Positions 1-9,306 of a stretch of 64,000 nt of DNA are shown here, piece after piece. The notes beneath the pieces were generated by a model. That model ran no database searches. It saw only the letters and a list, made by a program, of their open reading frames with translations, and had not been told where the DNA came from. Made by a program: the position numbers and the translations under genes. Source of the stretch: Longimicrobiales bacterium (GTDB taxonomy: Bacteria > Gemmatimonadota > Gemmatimonadetes > Longimicrobiales > Gaopeijiaceae); NCBI GenBank assembly GCA_041690395.1, contig JAWLHJ010000004.1:577478-641477 (forward strand), read 5' to 3'. The stretch's first letter is position 1; every line of letters begins with the position of its first letter.

Positions 1-711
1 CGTGTCACCCACCGCCGTCACCGTCAGCACGCCGGTCGGAGAGACGACCTGCCCGACCTGCGGGATCGATTTCGTGACGCGGAACGTACGCAGCTGGTCG
101 CCGACACGGACCGGTGAGCTCGTGTCGATGGTCACCTGGTGGAACTGCCGCATCGTCGACCCTCGATCGGTCTCGAGCGCGAAGCCCCTGAGGGTCCCGA
201 CGTGCTCCGGAGTGCCCAGGATGGGCCCTAGATACGGCGCCGAGTAGACCTGGTCGACGTCCACCGCGACGTACTCGCGGTCCAGCATCGCGACGACCGA
301 AGCCGTGGGCTCCTGCTGGCGATAGAAGATCGTCCGGCGGTCGGCCGGAGCGATCCCGTCGGACGGGCCTCCCGGTCCCATCCCGGGATCGCCGCCGCCC
401 GGCTCACCCCCGCCGGGCTGGGCGTCCGGCTGACCTCCGCCGCCCGCAGGTGGGCCCGCCGCGGTCTGATCGCGGGTCGGGGCCCCGGGTATGGTGAACA
501 CCTGACCCGGATAGATCAGGTTGGGATCGTCGATCTCGGAACGATTGGCCTCCCAGATCGTTCGCCACTCCCACGGACTGGAGTAGTACCGCTGGGCGAG
601 ATCCCACAACGTGTCGTCATCGACGACCGTGTGAGAGCCCTGCGGCTGCTGAGCGAACGCTAAACCTGGAAGAATCAGCACGGCGAGGAACGCCGCCGCC
701 GAGCGAACCAT
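1..711 (-). CDS. Secreted LysM peptidoglycan-binding protein, 3' end outside the window; absent from the ORF track
   Basis: Hand translation from ATG at 711 (GAAGGAG upstream): signal peptide MVRSAAAFLAVLILPGLAFAQ, then LysM motif HTVVDDDTLWDLAQRYYSSPWEWRTIWEANRSEIDDPNLIYPGQVFTIP. Confidence 0.85.
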   Translation of the reverse strand, partial: MVRSAAAFLAVLILPGLAFAQQPQGSHTVVDDDTLWDLAQRYYSSPWEWRTIWEANRSEIDDPNLIYPGQVFTIPGAPTRDQTAAGPPAGGGGQPDAQPGGGEPGGGDPGMGPGGPSDGIAPADRRTIFYRQQEPTASVVAMLDREYVAVDVDQVYSAPYLGPILGTPEHVGTLRGFALETDRGSTMRQFHQVTIDTSSPVRVGDQLRTFRVTKSIPQVGQVVSPTGVLTVTAVGDT

Positions 712-764
712 ATGGGCTCCTTCGGCAAGTAGGACAGGGCTTTCCGCCCGGTGGACACTGCTCG

Positions 765-794
765 AAGATACGAGAGGCCACCATACGCGGTCAA
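765..794 (-). promoter_or_regulatory. Putative sigma70-type promoter of the LysM gene
   Basis: TTGACC-18 nt-TATCTT on the minus strand. Confidence 0.5.
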
Positions 795-815
795 CGAGTT
801 TTTTGCGAATTGACT

Positions 816-1490
816 TCAAATGTTCCCCCCGAGCTCGCAGGAGAGGGACACGTAGCGTCCCCATCCGACCACGACATGGTCGAGCACCGGAATTCCCAGG
901 GCCCGTCCCGCTGCACCAAGTTGCCGGGTCACGGCACGATCTTCCGGCGACGGCGCGGGATCTCCGGACGGGTGATTGTGAACCAGGATCACCCCCGCCG
1001 CCCCTTCCGCCACCGCCGGCCTGAACACTTCCCGCGGATGGATCAGGGAGGCGTCCAGGATGCCCCGTGTTATCAGCACTTCCCGTACCACTCTGTGGCG
1101 GGTGTTGAGCAGGAGCGCGTGGAACTCCTCCTGCGGCAGGTCCCGGAGCCTCGGACCCATACGGCGGAACACGTCGTCGGGGCCCCGGACGGGCTCGCCC
1201 GGATCGGTGGCCTCGGAGGCGGCACGCCGTCCGAGCTCGAGCGCGGCGAGGATCCGGCAGGCGGTCGCAGTCCCAATCCCCGGGACGGCTTCCAGCTCAC
1301 CGACGTCGAGGGAGGCGAGCCGCGCCAGCGAGCCTTCGACCCTGGACGCCAGCCCATCGGCGACCTGGCGGGCGGACCCGCGCGCTCCACCGCTCCCGAC
1401 GAGGAGGGCGAGGAGCTCACCGAGGGCCAGATGGCGTGCGCCGGCGTGACGGAGCCGCTCGCGGGGACGTTCGGAGGGTGGTGGCGTCAT
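816..1490 (-). CDS. radC: RadC / JAB-domain protein
   Basis: ERPRERL N-terminus, HhH-like VPGIG, SLIHPREVF and JAB motif HNHPSGDPAPSPED...LDHVVVG; start taken at ATG 1490. Confidence 0.93.
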   Translation of the reverse strand: MTPPPSERPRERLRHAGARHLALGELLALLVGSGGARGSARQVADGLASRVEGSLARLASLDVGELEAVPGIGTATACRILAALELGRRAASEATDPGEPVRGPDDVFRRMGPRLRDLPQEEFHALLLNTRHRVVREVLITRGILDASLIHPREVFRPAVAEGAAGVILVHNHPSGDPAPSPEDRAVTRQLGAAGRALGIPVLDHVVVGWGRYVSLSCELGGNI

Positions 1491-1539
1491 GGACCAACAC
1501 TGCCTCGGTGGGCCGGGCGCGGCCATGCCCGAACGGGCC

Positions 1540-2070
1540 TCAGTCCAACTCCAGCGCCATGACCCGCGCGTCCTCGCGGGGTTCCTGGTAATAGCTCCGA
1601 CGGCGCCCCACCTCGCGGAAGCCGAAGCGCTCGTAGAGCCGCAGCGCCGTCTCGTTCGAGTCCCGGACCTCCAGATACAGCTTGGTCACGCCCCTCCGCC
1701 GGGCCGCGGCCAACACCTCGTCGAGGAGCCGGGCTCCGAGGCCACGCCCCCGCAGCTCCGGCCGAACCGCGATGTTCGCCAGCTCGCCCTGGTCCAGAAC
1801 GCACCAGAGCACGGCGTAGCCGAGGACTTCGGCGGCCCCGCCCGGGCTCCCGGCCCCACCCGCGTGCTCGGCCCCACCCGGGTGCTCGACCGCGCCCGCG
1901 AGCACCAGGAGCTCCAGCCCGTCCCGGTCCAGCAGCGCCTCGAAGGTGTCGGCCTGCCACGGCGTCGAGAACGCCTCGGTCTCGATGGCGACCACGGCCG
2001 GGACGTCCGCGGCGGTCATGCGCCGGACAGTCGTCCCGTCGGCGGCCCGAGCCGGGTTCCCCGCCGTCAC
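1540..2070 (-). CDS. rimI: Ribosomal-protein alanine N-acetyltransferase (GNAT)
   Basis: NIAVRPELRGRGLG, LEVRDSNETALRLYERFGF, RRSYY; GTG start overlaps the tsaB stop (GTGA); carries a Gly/Ala-rich insertion. Confidence 0.88.
   Translation of the reverse strand: MTAGNPARAADGTTVRRMTAADVPAVVAIETEAFSTPWQADTFEALLDRDGLELLVLAGAVEHPGGAEHAGGAGSPGGAAEVLGYAVLWCVLDQGELANIAVRPELRGRGLGARLLDEVLAAARRRGVTKLYLEVRDSNETALRLYERFGFREVGRRRSYYQEPREDARVMALELD
1851..1886. repeat. 18-bp tandem duplication inside rimI
   Basis: cggccccacccgcgtgct / cggccccacccgggtgct, encoding EHPGGA-EHAGGA. Confidence 0.85.
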
Positions 2071-2777
2071 ACCGTCCACAGCCGCTCGGCGCTCGACGCG
2101 CGCACGTACCGCGGCTCCCAGCTCCCCGGGTCGCCGACCTCGGGGGCCGCCCCCAGGCCGGCACACCGGAGCAGTCCGGGCGCGAGCGGGAGCGCGCCGG
2201 CCTCGGCGACCACGCGATATCCGGCGTCCTCGAGGCGCGGACGATGCTTCGAGGCTCCGTCCCCGGTGAAGACCGCATCCGGCGGCACGTCCCCCTCGAG
2301 CACGTCGTCGATGCGTCCCGCGTGCGGCGCGACGAGCTCTTCGAGGGTCCGCTCCCCCGCGCGATAACAGGCGCCGTACACCCGGTCGCCCCGCGCGTCG
2401 AAGAGCGCGTAGCGCGTGCCCGTGGCGGGCGACGACGTCGGGCCCTCCCCCAGGGCGACCAGGGCGGCGGCCGCGAGGCTCGAAGCGGGCCGAAGCGCGA
2501 TGCCCGCGGACCCCGCGAGCCCCTTGGCCGTGGCCGCCGCGACGCGGACGCCCGTGAACGAGCCCGGACCCTCCCCGACGACGATCCCGTCCACGTCGCC
2601 GATCTCGAGACCGGCCTCGCGCAACACCTCGTCGATCGCCGGGAGGAGCTTCGAGGCGTGCTCGGCCCGGTCGGGCAGGATCGTCCCGGCCCGGAGCGTA
2701 TCCCCGATCCCGACCGCCACGGACCCGTAGGCCCCGGACGTGTCGAAGGCGAGAAGTACGGGGTCCCGGCTCCTCAC
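2067..2777 (-). CDS. tsaB: t6A biosynthesis protein TsaB
   Basis: LLAFDTS and GEGPGSFTGVRV motifs; GTG start overlaps the tsaE stop. Confidence 0.93.
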   Translation of the reverse strand: MRSRDPVLLAFDTSGAYGSVAVGIGDTLRAGTILPDRAEHASKLLPAIDEVLREAGLEIGDVDGIVVGEGPGSFTGVRVAAATAKGLAGSAGIALRPASSLAAAALVALGEGPTSSPATGTRYALFDARGDRVYGACYRAGERTLEELVAPHAGRIDDVLEGDVPPDAVFTGDGASKHRPRLEDAGYRVVAEAGALPLAPGLLRCAGLGAAPEVGDPGSWEPRYVRASSAERLWTV

Positions 2778-3244
2778 CGCTCTCCGCTCCCGAGCGTCAT
2801 GGGGAACCCGGGCAGCGTGGGCGGACGGCCGACCCGGCGCACCTCGATGTCCCGCAGCTTCCGGTTTCCGCGCGTCACGCCGAGCTCGATGCTCCAGTAG
2901 TTCGGCGGCATGAGCGGGCCGGCCTGCTCCGGCCATTCGATGAGCACGATCTCGGGCTCGGCGCCCAGGTCGGCCCACCCGAGCTCCCACACCTCGTCCG
3001 GCTCGGCGATGCGGTACAGGTCGAGGTGCACCACGGCGACTCCGGAGGGGAGCTCGTACCGGAGGAGCAGGTTGAACGTGGGCGACGGCATCGGCGTCTC
3101 GACCCCGGCGCCCTCACCGATCGCGCGGGCCAGCACGGACTTGCCCGCGCCGAGCGGCCCCTGGAGGGCGATGACCACGGGCGGCTCGACCTCGCGGCCG
3201 ATGGCGCGACCCCAACGGACGAGGTCGGGCTCGCTCAGCCGCAT
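2774..3244 (-). CDS. tsaE: t6A biosynthesis ATPase TsaE
   Basis: GPLGAGKS P-loop, SPTFNL, HLDLYR, IEWPE. Confidence 0.95.
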   Translation of the reverse strand: MRLSEPDLVRWGRAIGREVEPPVVIALQGPLGAGKSVLARAIGEGAGVETPMPSPTFNLLLRYELPSGVAVVHLDLYRIAEPDEVWELGWADLGAEPEIVLIEWPEQAGPLMPPNYWSIELGVTRGNRKLRDIEVRRVGRPPTLPGFPMTLGSGER

Positions 3245-3328
3245 GCCGCGAGCGGGGTGAGGCGAAGGTCCTGGCGGAGGGTCGATACGAACATGGCCGC
3301 AATATAATGGGCGTCAGCACGATGGGCC

Positions 3329-3964
3329 TCAGGCGACATACAGCCCTCGCGCGCGAATCACGCGGGCCACGGCTTCCGGCACCTGGTCCCCCGGGTCACG
3401 CCCCTCCGCGACGCGTGCGCGCACCCCGGTCGACGAGACGTCGACGTCGGTGACGGGCACGAAGACCGTGGCCTGCTCCAATCCCTGCACCGCCTTCGCG
3501 ACCTCCGGAGCGACGGTCCGGGGCGAGGCACCCGCGCGGTTCATGACCGCGAGCCGCGCCACCCGGACGATCCGCTCGGGCTCGCGCCAGCGGGGGAAGT
3601 CCTCGAACTGGTCGGCGCCGAGAACGAGGAAGATCTCGGCGTCGGGATGCTCGGAACGGATCGCCTCCAGCGTGTCGATCGTGTACGAAGGCCCCGGACG
3701 GTCGAGCTCGCGCGCATCGACTTCGAAACGGGGATCGAGCTCCGCGGCCCGTCGCACCATCTCGAGCCGGATCTCCGCGTCGGTGACGGCTTCCTCACGC
3801 TTGAACGGCGAGACGCGCGCGGGCACCCACAGCACGCGGTCCAGATCGAGCCGGTCCGCGACATCGGTCGCGACGCGGACGTGGCCGCGGTGGGGCGGGT
3901 CGAAGGTGCCGCCGAAAACGCCGAGCCGCTCCGGGGGTGCGTTCCCATCCGGGCCGACGGCCAC
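3329..3964 (-). CDS. nadD: Nicotinate-nucleotide adenylyltransferase
   Basis: GVFGGTFDPPHRGH, SYTIDTL, GAD and VSSTGVR motifs. Confidence 0.95.
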   Translation of the reverse strand: MAVGPDGNAPPERLGVFGGTFDPPHRGHVRVATDVADRLDLDRVLWVPARVSPFKREEAVTDAEIRLEMVRRAAELDPRFEVDARELDRPGPSYTIDTLEAIRSEHPDAEIFLVLGADQFEDFPRWREPERIVRVARLAVMNRAGASPRTVAPEVAKAVQGLEQATVFVPVTDVDVSSTGVRARVAEGRDPGDQVPEAVARVIRARGLYVA

Positions 3965-3967
3965 GGA

Positions 3968-4714
3968 TCAGCCCCTGTCGCCGCCCGTGCGCAGCTCCTC
4001 GGCCGCCGGGGACTCGGGGTAGCGCGCCAGGAGCTCCTCCCGCGCGTCTTCGGCGAGGTCGTCGTAACCGATCGCCGAGTTCGCCTTGTAGATGCCCAGG
4101 AGAGCTTGCGGGGCGACCGGAGTGTCCGGGTATCGCTGGATGACGAACTCGAAGTACTTGATGGCCGAGTCGTACATCTCCCTGCGCAGGTAGAAGTCGC
4201 CGTTCAGGTAATCCTTCTCGGCGAGGTTCTCCCGCATCGCGGACGCGAGGAGCGCGGCCTCGGCTGCCTGTGACGTGCCCTGGAAGTCGATGGCCGTGTT
4301 GCTGCACTCGGTCAGCGCCTGCTGGGTGTACGTCTGGTCGCGCTCGGGGCGGGGCGCCATCTCGGCGAGCGCCTGACAGCGGCCGAGGGCCGCATCGGGC
4401 GCCTCGGCATGGCCTGGATATCGATCGAGGAACCGACGGTACTCCGCGGCCGCCGTCAGGTAGTCCTCCTTCTCGTGGTACGTGTTCGCGAGGAGCATGC
4501 GGGCCTCGGGGAGTCGGTCCCAGTCACCGTAGCCCAGGATCAGCCGGTCGAGGGTCCGGATCGCGTTGTCGTGCTCCCCTTCCGCGACCTCCTGCTGGGC
4601 GAGGCGGAAGAGCGCGTCGGCGTCCATCCCCTGATAGATGTCCCGACGGCCGCCGCACGCGGCCAGCGCGACGAGGACGAGGAGCACGACGGAGCGAATC
4701 GATATGGCTTGCAT
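3968..4714 (-). CDS. bamD: Outer-membrane assembly lipoprotein BamD
   Basis: Lipobox LAAC, TPR-like helices, RDQT motif, AEKDYLNGDFY, YPDT. Confidence 0.88.
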   Translation of the reverse strand: MQAISIRSVVLLVLVALAACGGRRDIYQGMDADALFRLAQQEVAEGEHDNAIRTLDRLILGYGDWDRLPEARMLLANTYHEKEDYLTAAAEYRRFLDRYPGHAEAPDAALGRCQALAEMAPRPERDQTYTQQALTECSNTAIDFQGTSQAAEAALLASAMRENLAEKDYLNGDFYLRREMYDSAIKYFEFVIQRYPDTPVAPQALLGIYKANSAIGYDDLAEDAREELLARYPESPAAEELRTGGDRG

Positions 4715-4746
4715 GAGGCCTGCTTACAATGGGTCGGAGACCGGGC

Positions 4747-5712
4747 TCAACGGCACCGGCCTCCACGATAGGACTCGAGACCCCGCCCGAAGCGGATCTC
4801 GTCGAAGGCGGCCTGGGCCCGATCGATCAGCGCGCCGGCCTGATCCGCGTACCGCACCTGTGCGTACGCTTCCATGGCCTCCTCGCATCGACCGAGATCG
4901 GCCAGTGTTTCTCCCTTCTCGAACCACGCGCGGGCCTGGATGTTCCGGGGCTCCCCGAGCTCCAGCGCGCGATCGAGCAGCGTGAGGGCCCGCTGCAGGT
5001 CCGGCTCGCGAGCCGTGGAACGGGCCAGCAGCTCGCGCGCCACGTTGAACGAGCACGTACCGATGTACCAGTCGACCTCGCCTCGCTCCCACGGGCGCAC
5101 GAGCTCGCGGAAGCGCTCGAAGAAGACGATCGCATGCTCGCAGTCGCCGATCTCCTCGTACGCCTGGCCGACTTCGAACACGATGTCGGGCGTCGAGTCG
5201 CGCATCTCGGCCATGGCGATCTGGTAGAACGGGAGCGCCTGCCCGTACTCGCCGTTCTGGAAGTAGTGGCGGGCGAGCGGCAAGGCGATGTCCCCGACCC
5301 CCACGGAGGGCTCGAGGTCGAGTGCGGCCTCCACGGCGGTGGCCATGGCGAAGCGGTCTCCGCTCAGCTCGGCCTCCCGCGCCATCCGCATGAGATCGGA
5401 CAGCGCCTGGTCCGCCAGCTCGGCGTCGAGCGAGACGGCGGTCCGGTAGTTCTCCGCGGCGAGATCGACGCGCCCGAGCCGGGCGTAGGTATGAGCCACG
5501 CGTGCCTGGACCAGCGGATCGTCCGCGCCCTGGCGGACTGCGAGCCGGTACTCGGCGAGGGCGTCCTCGAGGCGGCCGACCGCGAAGGCGATGTCGCCGC
5601 GCTGGACGGCACTCTCCTCGTCGGCGGCCGAGCAGGCGGTCAAGCCGGTCACGACGGGGATCGCTACGATGGCGAGCGCCACGGCGGCCAAACGTCGGCG
5701 AATCCCGGTCAT
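4747..5712 (-). CDS. TPR-repeat lipoprotein
   Basis: Signal peptide ending LTAC and multiple TPR-like helix pairs; ATG at 5712 overlaps the upstream stop. Confidence 0.8.
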   Translation of the reverse strand: MTGIRRRLAAVALAIVAIPVVTGLTACSAADEESAVQRGDIAFAVGRLEDALAEYRLAVRQGADDPLVQARVAHTYARLGRVDLAAENYRTAVSLDAELADQALSDLMRMAREAELSGDRFAMATAVEAALDLEPSVGVGDIALPLARHYFQNGEYGQALPFYQIAMAEMRDSTPDIVFEVGQAYEEIGDCEHAIVFFERFRELVRPWERGEVDWYIGTCSFNVARELLARSTAREPDLQRALTLLDRALELGEPRNIQARAWFEKGETLADLGRCEEAMEAYAQVRYADQAGALIDRAQAAFDEIRFGRGLESYRGGRCR

Positions 5713-6443
5713 GTCACTTCCTCCTGGTCGAACGCTCGTACACCGACCGACGCCAGATACGCCCTCGCGCGCATGTCGGTCGGATCGTCGTCCATGCACC
5801 GCCTCCACTCGTGGATCGCCCGGTCGACGTCGCCCAGCTTCTGGAGCACCACCCCGAGGCGCACACGCGCGCCCACGAAGTTCGGTCGTGGCTCGAGGAT
5901 CGCCTCGAGCTCGACCCGGGCTTCCTCGTGCTCGCCCAGCTCGATGAGCGCCTCGGCGTACTTGCTCCGGATGTCCATGAAGCGCGGCCGGATGTCGAGC
6001 GCCTTCCGGTAGTGCTCCATGGCTTCCTGGGGGCGGTCCGCCACGAGATACAGGTCACCCAGTTGGGCGTGCGTCACGGCGAGACGGTTGCCCACGTCCG
6101 ACGGGAACGTCCGCGAATCCCGGTGATCGAGCTCGTCGGCGCGGGCGAAGGCCTCCTGCGCCTCTTCGTGGCGACCGAGCTCGTTGAGCACGATGCCCCT
6201 GTTGAGATGCGCCTCCGCGTAGGCCGGGTTCTCGACGAGCGCGGCGTCGAAGTGCTCGAGCGCCTCCTCGAAACGGGCGAGCATGGCGAGGCACAGCCCC
6301 GCCTTGTTGCGGACGTCGGCGAAGCGCGGGAACTCGTCGAGCACCTCGAGGAAGGTCTCGAGCGCCCCCTCGTAGTCCTCGCGCTCCCATGCGCTGATGC
6401 CGCGCGCGACCGCCTGCCGCGCCTGTCTCGCGTCACCCGTCAT
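5709..6443 (-). CDS. TPR-repeat protein
   Basis: Repeats such as PRFADVRNKAG, PAYAEAHLNRG and PRFMDIRSKYA; start 6443 or 6482. Confidence 0.85.
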   Translation of the reverse strand: MTGDARQARQAVARGISAWEREDYEGALETFLEVLDEFPRFADVRNKAGLCLAMLARFEEALEHFDAALVENPAYAEAHLNRGIVLNELGRHEEAQEAFARADELDHRDSRTFPSDVGNRLAVTHAQLGDLYLVADRPQEAMEHYRKALDIRPRFMDIRSKYAEALIELGEHEEARVELEAILEPRPNFVGARVRLGVVLQKLGDVDRAIHEWRRCMDDDPTDMRARAYLASVGVRAFDQEEVT

Positions 6444-6551
6444 ACCGCTCCCCGAATCCCTCCATGGATGGTCGTTCCGCATGATAACCCGGCGGCCCTA
6501 CGAGTTCCCCGCACCCGGGAGTTCCCTGGGTCCGGAAGTGCCCCGCGGCCA

Positions 6552-7511
6552 CTAGATCGTCCTCGCCCGCGCGTCGTGCAGCTTCAGCTGCTCGCGGAAG
6601 TAGGGGATCGTCCTGCGGATCCCGTCCCGGAGCTGCACCGTCGGTTCCCATCCGAGCACGTCACGTGCCACCGTGATGTCGGGCTCCCGCACCTTCGGAT
6701 CGTCGGACGGAAGCGGGAGGCGGGTCAGCTTCGAGTCGCTGCCGGTCTCCTCGATGACGACCTCCGCGAGCTCGAGGATGGTGAACTCGTTAGGGTTGCC
6801 GATGTTCGTCGGGTCGGTCCGGTCGGAGTTGAAGAGCCGGAAGATCCCGTCGACCTCGTCCGACACGTAGCAGAACGAGCGGGTCTGGCTGCCGTCCCCG
6901 TAGATGGTGAGCGGCTCGCCGCGCAGCGCCTGCATGATGAAGTTGGACACCACCCGCCCGTCGCCGGGGCGCATGGCCGGACCGTAGGTGTTGAAGATCC
7001 GAACGATCCGGGTATCCACTCCGTGATACCGGTGATAGGCCATGGTGATGGCCTCGGCGAAGCGCTTCGCCTCGTCGTATACGCCCCGGAGCCCCACCGG
7101 GTTCACGTTCCCCCAGTAGCTCTCGGTCTGCGGGTGCACGAGGGGATCCCCGTAGACCTCCGACGTGGACGCGAGGAGAAAGCGCGCCTTCTTCGCCAGG
7201 GCGATCCCGAGCGCGTTGTGCGTGCCCAGGCTCCCGACCTTCAGGGTCTGGATGGGCATCTCCAGGTAGTCGACGGGGCTCGCGGGCGACGCGAAATGCA
7301 GGATCCCGTCGATCTCCTCGTCGAGATAGAGCGGCTTCGAGATGTCGTGCTCGAGGAGCGTGAAGCCGTCGTGCTTCTGGAGGCGCTCCGCGTTCTCGTG
7401 CGAGCCGGTCACGAAGTTGTCGACGCCGAGGACCTGGTGCCCTTCGGCGAGGAAACGCTCGGAGAGGTGCGAGCCGAGGAAGCCGGCGGCGCCGGTCAGG
7501 AGGATGCGCAT
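6552..7511 (-). CDS. UDP-glucuronate decarboxylase (UDP-xylose synthase) family SDR
   Basis: [46 protein letters not shown]. Confidence 0.9.
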   Translation of the reverse strand: MRILLTGAAGFLGSHLSERFLAEGHQVLGVDNFVTGSHENAERLQKHDGFTLLEHDISKPLYLDEEIDGILHFASPASPVDYLEMPIQTLKVGSLGTHNALGIALAKKARFLLASTSEVYGDPLVHPQTESYWGNVNPVGLRGVYDEAKRFAEAITMAYHRYHGVDTRIVRIFNTYGPAMRPGDGRVVSNFIMQALRGEPLTIYGDGSQTRSFCYVSDEVDGIFRLFNSDRTDPTNIGNPNEFTILELAEVVIEETGSDSKLTRLPLPSDDPKVREPDITVARDVLGWEPTVQLRDGIRRTIPYFREQLKLHDARARTI

Positions 7512-7514
7512 GGG

Positions 7515-8858
7515 CTAGGCCTCGCGCCCGGCGGCGGCGGCAGCCGGCACCGCCGTCTTCCGGCCGATGCTGTAGTACTCGAAGCCGGCCGCGGCCATGC
7601 CGGCCGGATCGTAGAGGTTCCGGCCGTCGAAGACGAACGGCTGCGCCATCGCCTTTCTCATGCGCTCGAAGTCGGGGCGGCGGTACGGGTGCCACTCGGT
7701 GTGGATGACCAGCGCGTCGGCGCCGTCGAGGGCATCGTAGTTGACGTCGACGTAGTCGATGCTGTCGCCGAAGTGATGCTTCCGGGCCTCGTCGATCGCG
7801 ACCGGGTCATGGGCGATGACCTTCGCGCCGGCGTCGAGCAGGCCGCGGATGGTCACGAGGGCCGGCGCTTCCCGCATGTCGTCGGTGTTCGGCTTGAACG
7901 CCAGCCCCCACACCGCCACGGTCCGGCCCGACAGGTCGGGACCGAGGCGCTCGAGGAGTCGCTCGAGCATGGTCTTCTTCTGGCGCTCGTTCAGGTCGTC
8001 GACCGCCTGCAGGATGGAGGCGTCCGCACCCAGCTCGCCCATCGTGCGGACGAGCGCCTTCACGTCCTTCGGGAAGCACGAGCCGCCGTAGCCGATCCCC
8101 GGGAAGAGAAAGCTCGGGCCGATGCGGCCGTCCGTGCCCACGCCCTGGCGGACCATGTCGACGTCGGCGCCGGTGCGCTCGCAGAGCTGCGCGATGGCGT
8201 TCATGAAGCTGATGCGGGTCGCCAGCATGGCGTTCGCGGCGTACTTCGTGATCTCCGCGGAGGGCACGTCCATGATGAGGACCTGGTGGCCCTGGCGGAC
8301 GAACGGGCTGTAGAGGTGTCGCAGCGTATTCGCCGCCTTCTCCGAATCGACGCCGAGCACGACCCGGTCGGGCTTCATGAAGTCCTCGATCGCCGCCCCT
8401 TCCTTGAGGAACTCGGGGTTCGAACAGACGTGCACCGGGATGTCCGTCTCGCCCTCGATCGCCTCGCGGACCAGCCTGGCCGTGCCGACCGGCACCGTGC
8501 TCTTGGTGATCACGATCTTCTCGGCCTGCATGGTCTGGCCGATGGTGCGGGCGACCGCCAGCACGTACTGGAGATCGGCCGATCCGTCCTCGCCCGGAGG
8601 CGTGCCCACCGCGATGAAGATCACGTCGGAGCGACGGACCGCGTCGGGCACGTCGGTCGTGAAGCTCAACCGGCCCGCCTCGAGGTTGCTCTCGATGAGC
8701 GGCTCGAGCCCAGGCTCGTAGATCGGCACGCCGCCACTGTTCAGCAGATCGATCTTCTTCTGATCGATGTCCGCGCAGATGACGTCGTTGCCGGACTCGG
8801 CGAAGCACGCCCCGGCGACCAGTCCCACGTATCCCGTTCCGATGACCGCGATTTTCAT
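7515..8858 (-). CDS. ugd: UDP-glucose 6-dehydrogenase
   Basis: [42 protein letters not shown]. Confidence 0.95.
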   Translation of the reverse strand: MKIAVIGTGYVGLVAGACFAESGNDVICADIDQKKIDLLNSGGVPIYEPGLEPLIESNLEAGRLSFTTDVPDAVRRSDVIFIAVGTPPGEDGSADLQYVLAVARTIGQTMQAEKIVITKSTVPVGTARLVREAIEGETDIPVHVCSNPEFLKEGAAIEDFMKPDRVVLGVDSEKAANTLRHLYSPFVRQGHQVLIMDVPSAEITKYAANAMLATRISFMNAIAQLCERTGADVDMVRQGVGTDGRIGPSFLFPGIGYGGSCFPKDVKALVRTMGELGADASILQAVDDLNERQKKTMLERLLERLGPDLSGRTVAVWGLAFKPNTDDMREAPALVTIRGLLDAGAKVIAHDPVAIDEARKHHFGDSIDYVDVNYDALDGADALVIHTEWHPYRRPDFERMRKAMAQPFVFDGRNLYDPAGMAAAGFEYYSIGRKTAVPAAAAAGREA

Positions 8859-9306
8859 GATGGCGTCGTCGTTCCCCGTCCGTTGGCTCGGCGGCGTCCC
8901 CCCACGGGACCCCGCGGATCGCAAGCCCTTAAGGTAGCCCGGATCGGAGGGAAGGGAGAGGGGGCGCGCATCCGTCCCATCCAGACATTGACAGGATTTC
9001 CAGGGTCGCGGTGGGGGTGACCGAGCACCCTCGCCTCGAGCCGCCCTCTCGCGCTCGGATGTCGCCCCAGGAGCGACATCGCGGCCCTCCGGTTCCGGAG
9101 TTGATCTCCACAGGCGCGTTCGTGCCGCGTCGGCCGACTCAGAAGGCCGCCAAACCGGCCTTTATATTGGAAGCAAGTCACTGCGCGCCCACGACTTGAG
9201 TGGGATGGGACCCAGGTTTCGCGGCCAATCTGGCGATCGCCCGGACGCTACTTCGAGGATGGCCGCTACTACGAGGAGGAGGAGGATGGGGAGGATGATG
9301 ACGACG

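Noticed and set aside
816..1490. RadC/JAB as a sign of a mobile or defence element
   Set aside because: Full-length chromosomal-type RadC in a housekeeping context.
5502..9020. 1172-aa plus-strand ORF, and similar giants such as 33248-36250, 13897-15654 and 52922-54988
   Set aside because: Antisense shadows of well-supported genes; high GC codon bias suppresses stops and the translations show no recognisable motifs.
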